DNA of 53,959 nt from a virus (IMGVR_UViG_3300033149_004108:1-53959), one strand, 5' to 3'. Shown: positions 26,939-38,915, numbered from the stretch's first letter. Made by a program: numbers and translations. The notes: generated by a model not told the origin, from the letters alone.

Positions 26939-28345
26939 GCTCTTTTCCTCGGATGCTTCTTCTTTCTTGGGTCCTTTAGTTTCCATGAAGAATCATCATC
27001 TAGCGGTGTTCTCGTTGCTGCCTTTGGTGCTTCGAGCATCGCTTCAAGGTTGTCGTTCAGTCGGGTCATCTCATACACCATTGCTATCACTACGCACCGT
27101 TGCAGGTGTGGTGAGTACCATGCGCAATCGTTCCCTTTGCACACTTTGCCATCAATTGGGCACTTTAGAATCATCTCACTTCGCCTTCCGAATCTTCTCT
27201 ATCGCGCGGCAGAGTGCGCGCTTGGCGGAGGCACCGTTTCTGTGGATACAGTGGAAGGCATTGTCAGCACTATCATGTAGTGCTAGGGTAGCCACCCATT
27301 GTGCACCAGTAGCGAAACATCCCGTGTATACTTCCATCCCATTCCTCTCCGCCCATTCGGTCAACTCTTTCCAGGTCATGGTCTCCTCCTCTTTAGTGCC
27401 TCATCCCCATATACTCGCCAACCACCAAGCAGGCCCCTTGACTTCCTCTTCCCATGCCTGTGCCTTTTGTAGCAAGCCTGTCTTAACAAGAAACTCTCGG
27501 AGGTGTTCGTCCCATCTCGTCAAAGTCTTTTCGTCCACGCATATGAGGATCGGCGAAATCTCCTCTGGATAGCCGCGTGCAGCATTCTTGATTGTTTCAC
27601 TAATTGCCACCGCAAGCATAGGATAGCTCCAAGCACAATGGACTACTACCTCACAATGTTCGTCCTTCATATCATTCACGGTGTCAAGGTCCATCTGTAC
27701 CTCTTCCGGTAACACGTAACCGTAGAAAAGAAGCCCATCTGTGCTAATTCCCATCTTCTTCCTCCTTGTTTTTACCTTCAGAAGCCCGCTCAACCCACCC
27801 ATTCCTCTCCGCCCATTCGGTCAACTCTTTCCAGGTCATCTGGCGTCTCCTTCTACCTCCAACTCTAGACTTGCCCCCTCGACATACAGAAAGTGCCGCT
27901 TACCGCGAAGGCTCCAGGTGCGGCCGCCCCAATCGGGGCCGACCGGCAGGATGTTCAGGCCCGCCTTGTCTGCGCTCAGGTAGTATGTGGATACTCCCCT
28001 ATTCCCCATACTGTAGGTGCCGATGATTTCCTGGTCTTCAGGCTTGCCGCCGTGCACGACTCCCCATTCTGCGCCCAGGATGCCGAAGCGGATGTATCGC
28101 AGGGGGTAGATGTCGCTGTCGTTCGCCATGAACCACAGGTCGCACCACGACGGCGCGTCCTTGATTGCCGAGAGCCGCTTCACCTTCAGTTTCAGCGGCT
28201 GCATCTCTTCTGGTCTCGGCAGGTCGCGCACCTCGGCCAGCGCGCTGCCGATGCCGTCGGGCGCGTCATCTGGTGCGGCGAACACCCAGGCGTTTGTCGT
28301 GAGCAGAGGCTTCAGTTCATCCCAGATGCGAATGAGTATCATGAT
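26935..28345 (-). other. Run of small hypothetical ORFs (26935-27174, 27176-27379, 27401-~27754, ~27744-27839, 27836-~28345)
   Basis: Abutting ORFs with SD-like motifs; no family recognised. Confidence 0.5.
27338..27839. repeat. 42-bp exact direct repeat (27338-27379 and 27798-27839)
   Basis: cccattcctctccgcccattcggtcaactctttccaggtcat; both copies encode the gene start MTWKELTEWAERNG on the - strand. Confidence 0.92.
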
Positions 28346-28737
28346 GACCTCCTCTTCGGCCTTGCTTCTAACACCTCCCGAATCACCTCCGCATGGCAGG
28401 GCCGTTTGCCCTTCCCTGTCTCGGAGTCGAAGCACCAGCAGACCAACACGAGCTTGCCGGGCTTCCTCAGGAGGGTACGGAGGCGCTTGAGTTCGCCTGT
28501 ATCGGCGTCACGCGGTCGCCGCATTTCCAGGTAACGTCGGTACAGGGAAACGGACTTCGCTTGTGACGCCCTGTATCTGTCATCACGGAGGTGGGGCCCC
28601 CAAGGATTCGCCAGCGGGCTCGCCCTCAGCCCATACCGCGGTGCCGCCCGCCCCACGTACACGACCCACTCCGGCCACTCTGCAGGCGGGCCGAACTCCT
28701 TGATCGCTCGGGGAACCGTGGTGATGCGGATGGTCAT
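28339..28737 (-). CDS. DUF4326-like protein
   Basis: VYVGR, SPLANPW, LVCWC, CHAEVI. Confidence 0.8.
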   Translation of the reverse strand: MTIRITTVPRAIKEFGPPAEWPEWVVYVGRAAPRYGLRASPLANPWGPHLRDDRYRASQAKSVSLYRRYLEMRRPRDADTGELKRLRTLLRKPGKLVLVCWCFDSETGKGKRPCHAEVIREVLEARPKRRSS

Positions 28738-29014
28738 GTGGACCGCTCCTTTTCCAGTTCTCGCAGGGTGCGCTTCGCCCTTCTGATTGCTCGGCGCATT
28801 TTCCAAAGCCAGATGCGATGGCGGATTCTCTCGGCCCAGTTTCGGGGGTAGGTCACTACCACTTTCTCCACCGGCCCATACTCCCCCCATTGGACCACAC
28901 ACTGTATCCAGCCCTGAGAAGCATAGCGATGGAAGGCCGTTTCTAGCATCTGCTCAACTTTCCCCGCCCGCAAAGCACTCATTTCCGCTATGATTCTGTT
29001 TATCTCTTCGGATA

Positions 29015-29779
29015 TCATGGCAACCTCCACGCCAAGTCCCCAGGCGTCGGTTCAAAGTGAATCACTTTCGGTTCCCCTTCTTCTCCCGACACCTGCTTTA
29101 CATAGCAAGGGACGCCCGCTTCGCGACACTGCTCTTGTATGGAGCGAAACCATGCGCACTTGGCGCGTCGAGCAGCTGGCCCGCTCTCGCAACCCGCAAT
29201 CACCTGGTCAAGTGAGTGGCAGTAGTCGGTGATATCTACCGGCTCCAGCAACGGTTCCAGGCTAACTCCCCGGTGCGCGGCTGGCGTCTCCAACAGCAAC
29301 GGCACCCTCTCGTCGACCTCTGCCTGCGTCGAGCAGGAGACGAAGAGCCAGACGTTTTTTGGGGGCCATTTGCCTGACGCTTTCGCCGCGGGTGAGTATC
29401 GGCTTCGGTATAGCATGTACTGCTTCATACGCTCGGCGCGCTTGGTGAACACCAGGAATGTGTGTTTGTCGGCCTCCATCATGGTGGACACAACCTTATC
29501 AATGAACTCGAAAGGGACGCGTGCATGAAACAAATCACCCATCGAGCACACAAACACCACCCGCGGCTTCCGCCACTGCAACGGCTCCTCAAGGCGTTCG
29601 GGGTGGTAGACAATCTCGGAGAAGGGGACGCCTGGCCCGCCGTGAATGTACGGCAGGTTCCTCCGCGCCAGCCGCGCGGCCCAGCACCTCTCCCTACACG
29701 CTTCATTGTGCTGGTCAGGCGGACAGCCCGTAACGGGATTGAAGGTGTGCGTGCAGAACGGTATGTCGGATTTGCTCAT
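29015..29779 (-). CDS. Phage Gp37Gp68 (DUF5131) radical-SAM-like protein
   Basis: TFNPVTGC...C..CWA, VFVCSMGDLFH, TKR, SLEPLL, GCESG, YVKQ. Confidence 0.9.
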   Translation of the reverse strand: MSKSDIPFCTHTFNPVTGCPPDQHNEACRERCWAARLARRNLPYIHGGPGVPFSEIVYHPERLEEPLQWRKPRVVFVCSMGDLFHARVPFEFIDKVVSTMMEADKHTFLVFTKRAERMKQYMLYRSRYSPAAKASGKWPPKNVWLFVSCSTQAEVDERVPLLLETPAAHRGVSLEPLLEPVDITDYCHSLDQVIAGCESGPAARRAKCAWFRSIQEQCREAGVPCYVKQVSGEEGEPKVIHFEPTPGDLAWRLP

Positions 29780-29798
29780 CTTGCCCTTCTCCCTTTGA

Positions 29799-32467
29799 TT
29801 ACTCTGTCTCATCGCCTATGGCACAGACCGGCTTCCCGCAATGGGGGCATAGCCGTGGCCTGAACTTCGGGTCGTCCGTCCACTGGTCGCAGGCTTCCGT
29901 ATCCGGCTGTTCATAACTATCGTGCAGGCGGCAGTAGAAGAGACCTTCTTCTTCAGCAGGCCACAGATGCGAACAGGTGCCGCAGGTTTTCTTGCCAGCC
30001 ATGTTCAGCCTCCTCACCACGGCGGCAACGCGTCGGCCCGCTCCGGTTCCTTCTCCGGCGCGGCATTCACTTGGTCCTCCAACGCTTGCCGGAGGTTGTT
30101 GTAGTACGCGGCTTCAACCGTGTTCCGCGCGTCCCACGATACGCAGGCTTCACTGGCCAGCCAAGCAAGGCGGGCCACCGACAAGGCGGCAAGAATCAAG
30201 GCGAGCACTAAGGCGCGGTGTAGTAGACGGTCCATTAGTCCTTCTCCTTCTGGTACTTCTCGCAGAGGGATTCGTGGGCGCGGAGAGCGCTTTCCCTTTG
30301 TTGAAACGCCCACCCGCGCAACTTCTCACCAGCGGCACAACATGGGCGAACGGTGCACTCTTGGTCGTGAAGCGAAACTTCCTTCGCCGCCTCAAGTGCT
30401 TCTGCCAACCTCTCCGCGTCATCCCGCCAGGCATCGCGCTCGGCGATGATGTGGCCGAGAGCGTGGGCTAAATCGAATATCCATCCAGAAACGCTGCGCA
30501 ATCTACGGGCCGCGCATTCCGCCGTCTCCAGCGGTTTGTAGTCAATTCCGTGCACTGGGCACTCGTAATGCTGAGTTACGGGATGTTCGTCATCGTGAAA
30601 GTCCCCGATGCCCTTTACGACCAGTTCCCTTCCACACCAACACTTAGGCATTGTTCTGCTCCTTTCCGCCGAGAGCGCGGAGGGCAGACTTCGCATGGCT
30701 TACAAGCATCGCCACCTCTCGATACACGTCCTGCGATTGGCGCAATTCAGGGATTTCTGCCGCCTTGTCTATGATGAGACGAAGACGAGCCCGCGCCTTC
30801 CTCACAGCATCTTTCTCCACTTCTTCCTCGATATTGACGAGACTATGCCTATCAACAACTTGCGCGAACTCCGCGTCGGTGTATGCGGGAGGGGACCCAA
30901 TCAACGCCCTTGCTTGGTTCTCACCCATCATGCCACAGAACTCTCCAAACGCAGCCACGGCGTGGGCGAACCTACGGACAGTCCACTCGAACCGCTCGAT
31001 GTCGTCACTCGTCATCGCGTGTCTCCTTTCCGCTGAGGGCGCGGAGTGCTTCCTCTACGCATTTCATCATTTGGGTATGCGTGGAGTGAACACTTAGTGC
31101 TTGCAGCCTTTCCCGCGCCTTCCTCACGCACCCCTCCTCCGGCTCGCCCTCGAAGCCGAGGTAGGAGAGAGCCGCGCGGGCGATTGCCAGCGCTAAATCC
31201 CTCCACTTTTCATCAAGGCCCTCATACGAGACAAGTTCGCACTCATTCACTAGTCCCAAAAGAAGGGCTTCCTCAGACCCAGCATCATGGATTACCTTCG
31301 CCATCTCCTCAACGCTCATTTCCTTCCTCCAGTGCCTTCGCCAGTTTCACCGCGGTTTCCGCCACTAGGCGACGGCCCTCACGACGGGATAGGCCTTGCT
31401 TCCATGCCCAAATGTGGTACTCGACGGACACGCCGTCATACCAGGGCTTCTTCCAGATAATTACACTCTGTCGGTCCCAGGGCGTTTTCATTACCCATCC
31501 CATCTTCTTCAGTTCTGCGCGCGCCTCGCTAATGGTCATGGCTTTCCTCCCCGTTCACTATCTTGTTCAAGCACCTGGTGCATACCATGAACGCCATCTC
31601 GAATAGTGACTGTTCAAGACGAAACTCCAAGTATGGCGGCTCATGTCTACCGTCAAAGACACAATAACCTATGCTTTCCTTGTCCAATAGGCGCACCTCA
31701 ATGCTGCCCGCGCTCAGGTATCGTTTCACTTCAACGCCTCCAGCAGTAGGTTCGCGGCCGCGCGCTTGGCGGCAAGTTCGGAAGGGTGGTCGTCAATGAC
31801 CTCCCATTGGGTTTCAGCCCAAACACCAGATACGCCGCGCCGCCATGCATATGCTCGCACACTCGTCCACGCTCCATCCTCATCTTTTTCAAACAACACC
31901 GGACCCCACTTTCCGCTCTTCCTCAGCTCCTCGTTGACCTGCTTGATTGTCAGCATCGCTATCTCCCGTGTCGCTCCAATCTTGCGCACTCCCTCCTCAA
32001 TTGCCTATGCACCATTTTCACCAACATGGAGAGAGCAGCATAGTTTTCCCATATGATGGCCCGTTCGATAACATCGTAGTCCACATATAGTCTTGCGATA
32101 GCCTTATCTGGACGCCGGAGCCATACCTCTATTTCTTCGGGCAGCGTTAGTGCTAAATGGTCTCGCACTACGATTCCGCAATCTGCACACGCGTCCCGGA
32201 AGATGCGTAGGACTTCAAAAACCGTCACTTCATTCCTCCGCACCGCTTGCAGATTCGCCAGCCCTTATCCAGCAGCCGCTGCGCCTGCTTCTGCGTGATG
32301 CGAATTGGGTGGCACCAAGTGAGGGCCGTACACCTCTCCGCTTCGTGGATGGCGTATCTGTGGCCCCACAGGCTCTTGCCCCCATGATTGGGCATCATGT
32401 AGTACCATCTCCTAGTCGCTCTCATCTGACTTCTCCTTTCCGGCAAGGCGGACGGGACACGGGGCAC
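29799..32467 (-). other. Cluster of about 9 small coupled hypothetical ORFs, several with CxxC motifs
   Basis: Overlapping start/stop codons and SD motifs (e.g. 30644-31015, 31005-31319, 31309-31539, 31529-31729). Confidence 0.55.
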
Positions 32468-32503
32468 CGCCCCTTTGCGCGCTTCGTTTCACAGGCGCGG
32501 AAG

Positions 32504-33046
32504 TTATTGCGCCGTCCCGTCCGCCTCGTCTTCTACATACTGCACCCCGATGAAGTACGCACCGCAGTATGAACATCGAATGTCAGATTCATTTCCGGGC
32601 GTCCCGCACAGTTTGCATACCACGACAGATTGCGGCTTTACATCGTAAAGTTCGCCATGAACAACCGTGCGCCTATGTGGGGCAAGTTGTTCGCGACGCT
32701 CTTTGGGCCATACCAATCGCCGCGTGGTTTTGGGAGTCTCTGTGCATAGTTGACAGATACGAAACACGCCAGGTTTATCGAATCCCCAACGAGACAGGGG
32801 GTGATATGCCTCTCTTCTTGGGGCGGCTGAATCATCCTCGACAATCCACCAACAATCTTCAGTTTGTATTACGCTTACCACCCTCTCGTTTTGCACTTCT
32901 GCACTGTCCAGTTCGGCTTCCAATGCGTCAAGTAATTCCATGACGCACGGGAGGTCGCTAACTAGATAGGTAGACTTGCCCAGTGCTACTTCATCTAGGT
33001 GGCGAACAATCCTGCGGATGCGTTCAATCCTCTGCTTTCCCGTCAT
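32504..33046 (-). CDS. Hypothetical protein with a C-terminal zinc ribbon
   Basis: GGAGGT RBS; CKLCG...CSYCGA; shares a module with 39393-39872. Confidence 0.6.
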   Translation of the reverse strand: MTGKQRIERIRRIVRHLDEVALGKSTYLVSDLPCVMELLDALEAELDSAEVQNERVVSVIQTEDCWWIVEDDSAAPRREAYHPLSRWGFDKPGVFRICQLCTETPKTTRRLVWPKERREQLAPHRRTVVHGELYDVKPQSVVVCKLCGTPGNESDIRCSYCGAYFIGVQYVEDEADGTAQ

Positions 33047-33059
33047 CGCTTTACCTCCC

Positions 33060-33611
33060 TCACTCCTCGATTTCGGTGAAGCCGTATCGTTCATACGCCC
33101 GTACGCGTTCACCCTCTGTATCGGCCGCCATCATGTTGCGTCGGCAGGCTTCGGCAATCCAACACGCCTCTGCGCGTCCATCCAGCAATCGTCCCCGTTC
33201 TGTCCGAAAGGCGCCATTCGGCCATTGGCGTTCAGCGAGTTCAACGAGTAGCCGTTTGCGGTCCCTCTTGTCTCGCGGGAGGGTTTGAGGCACTACCTTG
33301 CGCCACTTGGCTGGCGATACCTCAGAGAATGGTATACACAGGGCGGTGAACACCCCTCGCCAGTACCCGCAGGCAACGCCCACTTTGAAGTTGGTAGTAG
33401 CGGGGGTCTTGGGGAACGCGTGCTGTGCTTCGATGAAGGCACAGACCGGCCCGTTCACCTCTACCCGTTCATTGCCGCGCACTATCGCCAGACAATCATT
33501 CTTTCGGTGTAGGCGAAGCCCATCCGTGTCAGCGAGTGCCTGTAATGTCCCAGTTTCGTCTACAACCGCCAGCGCGCCCTGCGCTCCTGGGTCTATGCCG
33601 ATGTAGTTCAT
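33060..33611 (-). CDS. RuvC-like Holliday junction resolvase
   Basis: YIGIDPGAQGALA, FIE, VSPAKW, DGRAEA..IA. Confidence 0.85.
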   Translation of the reverse strand: MNYIGIDPGAQGALAVVDETGTLQALADTDGLRLHRKNDCLAIVRGNERVEVNGPVCAFIEAQHAFPKTPATTNFKVGVACGYWRGVFTALCIPFSEVSPAKWRKVVPQTLPRDKRDRKRLLVELAERQWPNGAFRTERGRLLDGRAEACWIAEACRRNMMAADTEGERVRAYERYGFTEIEE

Positions 33612-33746
33612 TTCCCATACCTCCAAGGCGGCACAAAGAGTGAGAATAGACACCCAACTGCTATCGCTGCCCACCAGGGCCACCCATACATGCTGTGGGC
33701 AATGATAGCGACCAGGGGAACTGATAATAGTGCTCCCGCGTTGATG

Positions 33747-34470
33747 CTAATCCGCATTATGCCATCTCCTTTCCGAGAGCGAAAACAGGGCCCTCTGTGT
33801 CGGCTTGTTCTTACGCTTTCTCGGTCGCTCCTGTCCGTAAGCGCAAGTGATACCTACCCAATCCCTCACCGTGCCGTACCAGGGCGAGTCTGGATTGACG
33901 CAGGTTCTATCCTTCCTTCGCCACCATCGGCAGTATCCACAACAGCTGGGTTCGCCTGCCATTGTGTACCCTCCCTTGTCTTACTGCATCCTTTCCAGTC
34001 CTGGCTCGCGTGATAACATCGTCTGCGCCAGCACAAGGTGCGTGGCCTGCATGGAGAATTGCCATCGTTCCTCTGTCAATAACCCCTCGTTCAGCAAGTC
34101 GTCAAGGGCCTGGCAAACGCAACCAGCGACTGTCGCCCAAAACAGTCCCCTCTTTTCTGCATCAGCGTCTTTATCAAGGAGCTCGTTAGCTATGGCCATT
34201 ACAGCCTCTTTTGTTCGCTGTTCCCTGTTATTCATTGCCGCGTTCCTTTGTGTCGCGCAGGGCAAGACAGTCTTCTACCGAGTGAAGAGCGTCCGCCTCT
34301 GCCTCTGTTATCTGCCACTCCCTGTTGCCAGCAGGCGACCTGTGCATGAGGAACAACATGCCCTTTGTCCTGCGTTGCACAATCCAGATGCCTTCGTGTT
34401 CGCTGCCAACGAAGGCGGCGATTGGCTCTCCGTTATTCCCAGGGTTCGGGTTCTGCGTTGCTGTCGTCAT
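33747..34470 (-). other. Three small hypothetical ORFs (33747-33962, 33981-~34234, 34228-34470)
   Basis: SD motifs and tight packing. Confidence 0.5.
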
Positions 34471-36115
34471 CGGATGCACCTCCTTCCTCTTGTTCGGGTT
34501 CTGGCTCATCCTTTGGTAGCAAGTAGTATTCGGCGTAACGACCTGCCTGCCGAGACGCTAGCACCTTCTGCTTGCGGAGCATGGCCAACGCCTCGTCAAA
34601 GGTCCGCACCGAACAAGGGATGTCTGCCTGTACTGCACCAAGGAGGTCCCTTCTGGACATTGGCGAAGTGGACAAGAGGGTGTAGATGACTTCCTTCACC
34701 TGGTCGGTAACCGCTTCGATTGACTGCGAGACGGTTCCGCCATAGACGAAGGTGGTCCCTTCGCCATTCGGCCCCGATTCTTCGAGTATCTGGAAACGAG
34801 GCTCATATTGCTTCGGGTGTCGCGCCTTGCGGTGTTCGAGTACGCGCGTTCCCTGGCCCGTCTTTATCATCAGCATCATACTGTCCGCCAGGTGAGCAAT
34901 CGCGCCGCTTCCAGACACACCGCGGTTGCCCAATTGTTCTCCAGGTTGCAGTTTCGGCGGGTGGGCAATCACGAGAACATGGCAGAAGTGTTGCTCGGCG
35001 AATAGGCGAAGGCGGTTGAAGATAGGCGCTACCACCTCTCGCTTATTCAAGTCGGCAGTACCACTCAGGCTTGCCATCGAGTCCAGAATCACGAGACGCG
35101 CCTTCGTTTGTCGCACTGGCCCAATCAGGATATTGACCGCCGACAGCAGAGGTCTGTTGTGTAGCACCTTCGCCAGGGTCTCGCCGAAGATGAACTCGAT
35201 GCGCCTCTTTGGGGGAGGAGCATCATCGGAATCGCTCTGTTCCTGTTCTTCGCCTTCAATCCCGAACACTTCTATTGCCTGCTTGTGCCTCATATGCAGA
35301 ACATAGTCTGATGATACTCCTGACCCCTTGTCGAGGTCCTCAACACGCTCAGTGTTCCCTGCCCGGCCGGTTTCGGCATCCACGAAGATGACGCCGCCCT
35401 CCTGTTCGAACTTGAACTTGCCGAGCCACTTGTGGCCATGCACGTATGCATGGGCTAGCGACAGCGCAATCAGGCTCTTGCCGCACCCCTCGGGGCCAAA
35501 GAGCACTGATACCCCAGGTATGGGCAGAAGCGGATACATGAGATATTTCACCTTGTTTCCCTCCAGGATTAGGTCATCAACATTCACCAGTTCGAGTTGT
35601 TCACCGCAACCCTGGTCGAGGAGTTCGCGCAGATATGACACGCGGTCTGGGTCGGACTTCAGTAGTACCGAACACAGGGCGTCCCGCAGGCGTCTACGGT
35701 CGGCAGCGACCTTCACGGCACGAGCGTATTCGCCGACAAGCGCCGCTGTCGAACAGTCATTCGTCAACTCCACGAGGTAGTCAATGCCGCCGCAGGCTTG
35801 CAATGCGTCGGGGGCTAGGTCTGACTGGAGCACGATGTAGTCCACCGGCCTCCCCTCGTTGTAGATGCGCAGGATATGGGAGTACAGATATCGGTGGGCG
35901 GGTTCGCCGAAGTCCTCTGGCATCAGCCATGATGCGACGGAGGTAATGGCGGCCCGCTCTGTCAAACACGCCCCTAGGACGGCCCGCTCTGCGTTTATGT
36001 CAGCCAGTTGGCGGCTCGCCTTGATTGTGGCTATGATGGCCTCGGCGTCGTTGCCGAGCAAGGCTTCGGGATCGAACTCTGGCCGTTCCTTTTGTCGCTT
36101 TTTTCGAGCCATCAC
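34433..36115 (-). CDS. Replicative helicase: DnaB N-terminal domain, RepA/AAA_25-type ATPase and probable C-terminal winged helix
   Basis: AERAVLGACL, L.PEDF, GGIDYLVEL; Walker A GPEGCGKS; FVDAE; VILDS; VIAH; GSGAI. Confidence 0.85.
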   Translation of the reverse strand: MMARKKRQKERPEFDPEALLGNDAEAIIATIKASRQLADINAERAVLGACLTERAAITSVASWLMPEDFGEPAHRYLYSHILRIYNEGRPVDYIVLQSDLAPDALQACGGIDYLVELTNDCSTAALVGEYARAVKVAADRRRLRDALCSVLLKSDPDRVSYLRELLDQGCGEQLELVNVDDLILEGNKVKYLMYPLLPIPGVSVLFGPEGCGKSLIALSLAHAYVHGHKWLGKFKFEQEGGVIFVDAETGRAGNTERVEDLDKGSGVSSDYVLHMRHKQAIEVFGIEGEEQEQSDSDDAPPPKRRIEFIFGETLAKVLHNRPLLSAVNILIGPVRQTKARLVILDSMASLSGTADLNKREVVAPIFNRLRLFAEQHFCHVLVIAHPPKLQPGEQLGNRGVSGSGAIAHLADSMMLMIKTGQGTRVLEHRKARHPKQYEPRFQILEESGPNGEGTTFVYGGTVSQSIEAVTDQVKEVIYTLLSTSPMSRRDLLGAVQADIPCSVRTFDEALAMLRKQKVLASRQAGRYAEYYLLPKDEPEPEQEEGGASDDDSNAEPEPWE

Positions 36116-36119
36116 CTCA

Positions 36120-36411
36120 ACCTTTGCAGGTGTTTTGCACTTGTATTGTACTGCTTTTGCAATACCTTTGCATTGCAGGACCTTTGCAGGGAAAACCCTT
36201 GTTTTGCGCTACCTTTGCAGGCTTCACTGCAAAGGTCCGACCTTTGCAATAGCAGGCGAGCGGCAGTCTAGCACTCTGCAAAGGTCGTTTTTGGGCCAGA
36301 AGCCCTCTAGATTGCCCCAGGAGACGATTTCGCTCGACCTTTGCACCTTTGCAAATACTATAATAGACTGCAATCCTGCAAAGGTCGTGCTCAGAGGGTC
36401 TAACCTTTGCA
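36120..36411. repeat. Iteron array, probable replication origin
   Basis: ACCTTTGCA at 36120, 36164, 36180, 36211, 36240, 36337, 36345 and 36403; inverted TGCAAAGGT at 36228, 36277 and 36377; noncoding gap next to the helicase gene. Confidence 0.8.
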
Positions 36412-36427
36412 GAGCACTATTGCAGAA

Positions 36428-37921
36428 TCATGCCGATTTTTCACCTCCGACAAGGCCCAATTCCTGGGCCGCCTGCAACAGTTCTGACCTGTCGAGTTGC
36501 CCAACGGCCTTCTTCTTGAACCGCTTGGCAAGCCAGTCCATCGCCCGCTTCGGGTTCGCCTCTGTAGCATCTCTCAAAGCGTGGCCCACCATCTGTCGAA
36601 GGGTAGGGTCGTTCAGGTCAGGGAATGGGTCCTCGTCGGACCCTTCAGATTCCTGCGTCTCCTGGGGCGTCTCTGCTCCACTTTCTGACGAAGCCCCCTT
36701 CTGAGGCGATTCTACGCCCTCGTTTGGGGTCTCAGGCTGTTCTGCTTCGGCGTTCTCGACAACAGCACTGTCTTCCCCGAAGGTCTCAGCCACCGCGTCC
36801 CACACAGAACCCTGTTCTGCGCCCTCAGCGTCCGCAGGAGCGTCGCTTTCGGCGGGAGGTGGGCTACCCCCCGTCTTCCCCTGTTTGCTCTCGTCTGAGG
36901 GCGTGCTAGAGGCATTTTCCGGCTTCTTAGCATCGCCCTCCAGGTCGTAAACATATCTGCACTTGGGATAGCCGGAACACCCCAGAAAACGGCCATACTT
37001 GCCAGTACGCTCCTTCAGGGGCTTTCCGCAGTTCGGGCAGACGGTGGGGGCATCCTCAGCACCCTCGATTTCGCCCGTATTTTCGCTCTGAGCGGCGTTC
37101 GGAGGTGGAGACGGGTTACCCCCCATGTCGGCCCCTTCCGCCGTCTCCTGCGAAGGCTGAGGGGCTTCTGCGGGGCTTACAGTCATCGGTTCGCTGTACT
37201 CAGCACCACCGCCAGCCGTCGTGGTGTCGGCTGTCTGCGCTAGGGACGGCATAGGGGCGAACTCCACTTGCTCGGCAATATCACGATATTCGGGGGTGGG
37301 TTCGCCAGACGCAACGCCGAACTCTTCGGGGGCATACCCCGTCAGGCCGGTGGCAATGCGGAACGCCCTGCGCAAGAGAGTTACCTGGAACATGTGATGC
37401 CAACCGACCCTGTCCTCTGACCACGAACCACCGATACGGTCCTTGTATCGCTTGACGACCGAACCCAAGTAGGCAGTATAGTGCAGGGGGTCCAAAGGCG
37501 GCTTTCTTCTGATGATGATGGTGGCCTGGAAATCATCACCAGGATACTCCCGCGGCCATTCTGACGGGTCGGGCTTGATAGTGTAGCCGAGGATTTCGCC
37601 ACCCTTCACCGCCAGTTTGAGGTAGATTTGGTACGCCAGTCCCATTTCCCACTTCACATACTTCCTGCCGTTGTATTCGACCTCGAAGGGGATTAGGTAG
37701 GCTTCCTTGGTGCGCGGGTCTACGCCGTATCCCGCACAGTACAGCAGGAACTGTCGGGCCGTATCAATGCCTGGCGCGCCATGCCGAGAACGGAAAAGCA
37801 GTTGCACATCGCGCACAGAGACCGCGACCTTCCGCCCTGGCATGATTGCCGATTCCCACAGGACTGGCTTGTCGAGCGCGATGCCCGTCGTCTCCTCTGG
37901 GTGTTTCTGGATATTTCGCAT
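36428..37921 (-). CDS. RecT/Bet-like single-strand annealing protein with a topoisomerase-type C4 zinc ribbon
   Basis: FLLYC...[15 protein letters not shown].....HM....LRRAF; [29 protein letters not shown]. Confidence 0.75.
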   Translation of the reverse strand: MRNIQKHPEETTGIALDKPVLWESAIMPGRKVAVSVRDVQLLFRSRHGAPGIDTARQFLLYCAGYGVDPRTKEAYLIPFEVEYNGRKYVKWEMGLAYQIYLKLAVKGGEILGYTIKPDPSEWPREYPGDDFQATIIIRRKPPLDPLHYTAYLGSVVKRYKDRIGGSWSEDRVGWHHMFQVTLLRRAFRIATGLTGYAPEEFGVASGEPTPEYRDIAEQVEFAPMPSLAQTADTTTAGGGAEYSEPMTVSPAEAPQPSQETAEGADMGGNPSPPPNAAQSENTGEIEGAEDAPTVCPNCGKPLKERTGKYGRFLGCSGYPKCRYVYDLEGDAKKPENASSTPSDESKQGKTGGSPPPAESDAPADAEGAEQGSVWDAVAETFGEDSAVVENAEAEQPETPNEGVESPQKGASSESGAETPQETQESEGSDEDPFPDLNDPTLRQMVGHALRDATEANPKRAMDWLAKRFKKKAVGQLDRSELLQAAQELGLVGGEKSA

Positions 37922-37940
37922 GGGTGTTGCACCTCCTCTG

Positions 37941-38915
37941 TTATTCGGCGTCGTCCACCACCAAGCGGCGCACGGTGCTGAAGGTGGCGTACTTGTCTTT
38001 GATTTCCTGGGGAAGGGCTTTGGTGTCAACGCGGGTCTGTTCGTGGACCTTCACAAAGAAAACCTTGCCGTTGTGCTCGATGCAATTATCTTCGCGGGCG
38101 AGCACGATTTCCTGTGCCGCCTTCTTTGCAGCATCGAATGCCTTGATTCGCTCTCTGTGCTGGTCGTACCATTCGCTCAGTTCGAGGAACAGGTCGAGTT
38201 GGCGTTTCTCGTAGTCGTTCAGTTCAGATGCTTTGCGCGCACCGAAGCAATCCGTGCACGACCACTCGCTACGGGCACACGCTTCTGGATTGTGTGGTAG
38301 GTCCGCAATGAGGTTCGCCAATGCCGCAAGAACATCGGGGTCGTCTTGTGGGACACCGTCTTTGGCGAATCGGTCGCGAATCGCCTGCCCCTCTTTCACA
38401 ATCGGGGCGAGCATATCCGCCCATTCCCTCAGAACGGAGGTCAGTTCTGGCGGGGGACCATCCAGGCGCATTTCCGTGCGTGCACCCATCTGGCCGTAAA
38501 CGGCGAAGGTGATGGGCACACCGTCATACCGCAGGGAATAGGTCCCCGCCTGGTACAGCCACGCAAGGGGCGGACTTGCGGGCGGCGTGGTGCGAAACTT
38601 GACTTCCCGTACCTCGACTACCTTGCCGCCTTCACGAATCAGAAAGTCAGGGGTCCCCCGAACCGGCAGCGCGAGTCCCAGTAGAACGACCTGTCTGCCG
38701 CGGTAGAAGTCAACGCCGTCTGCCTTCAGGCGTTCTGCCTCTACCTCTTCCCAGTATTTGCCCATTGCCATCCATCGCTTTTGGGCGGGGGAGAACGGGC
38801 GCGTTTTTGGTAGCCCTAATAGGCGCGCTCCCACACAATGTGGGCAACTGGTGAGTTCTGACGGCGCGATTGCGCCTTCGTGATGTGCCTCCCAAGGGGC
38901 TTGGTGTTGCGTCAT
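37941..38915 (-). CDS. PD-(D/E)xK exonuclease (YqaJ/Cas4-like), probable RecT partner
   Basis: PSEL..C, G...E, GTPDFL, REVK, QAGTY, distal Cys cluster. Confidence 0.75.
   Translation of the reverse strand: MTQHQAPWEAHHEGAIAPSELTSCPHCVGARLLGLPKTRPFSPAQKRWMAMGKYWEEVEAERLKADGVDFYRGRQVVLLGLALPVRGTPDFLIREGGKVVEVREVKFRTTPPASPPLAWLYQAGTYSLRYDGVPITFAVYGQMGARTEMRLDGPPPELTSVLREWADMLAPIVKEGQAIRDRFAKDGVPQDDPDVLAALANLIADLPHNPEACARSEWSCTDCFGARKASELNDYEKRQLDLFLELSEWYDQHRERIKAFDAAKKAAQEIVLAREDNCIEHNGKVFFVKVHEQTRVDTKALPQEIKDKYATFSTVRRLVVDDAE

Noticed and set aside
36120-36411. Repeat cluster as a CRISPR or guide array
   Set aside because: Repeats are 9 bp, irregularly spaced and in both orientations, which fits iterons.
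37941-38915. Cas4 as evidence of a CRISPR-Cas system
   Set aside because: No array or other cas genes; adjacency to RecT points to a recombination exonuclease.
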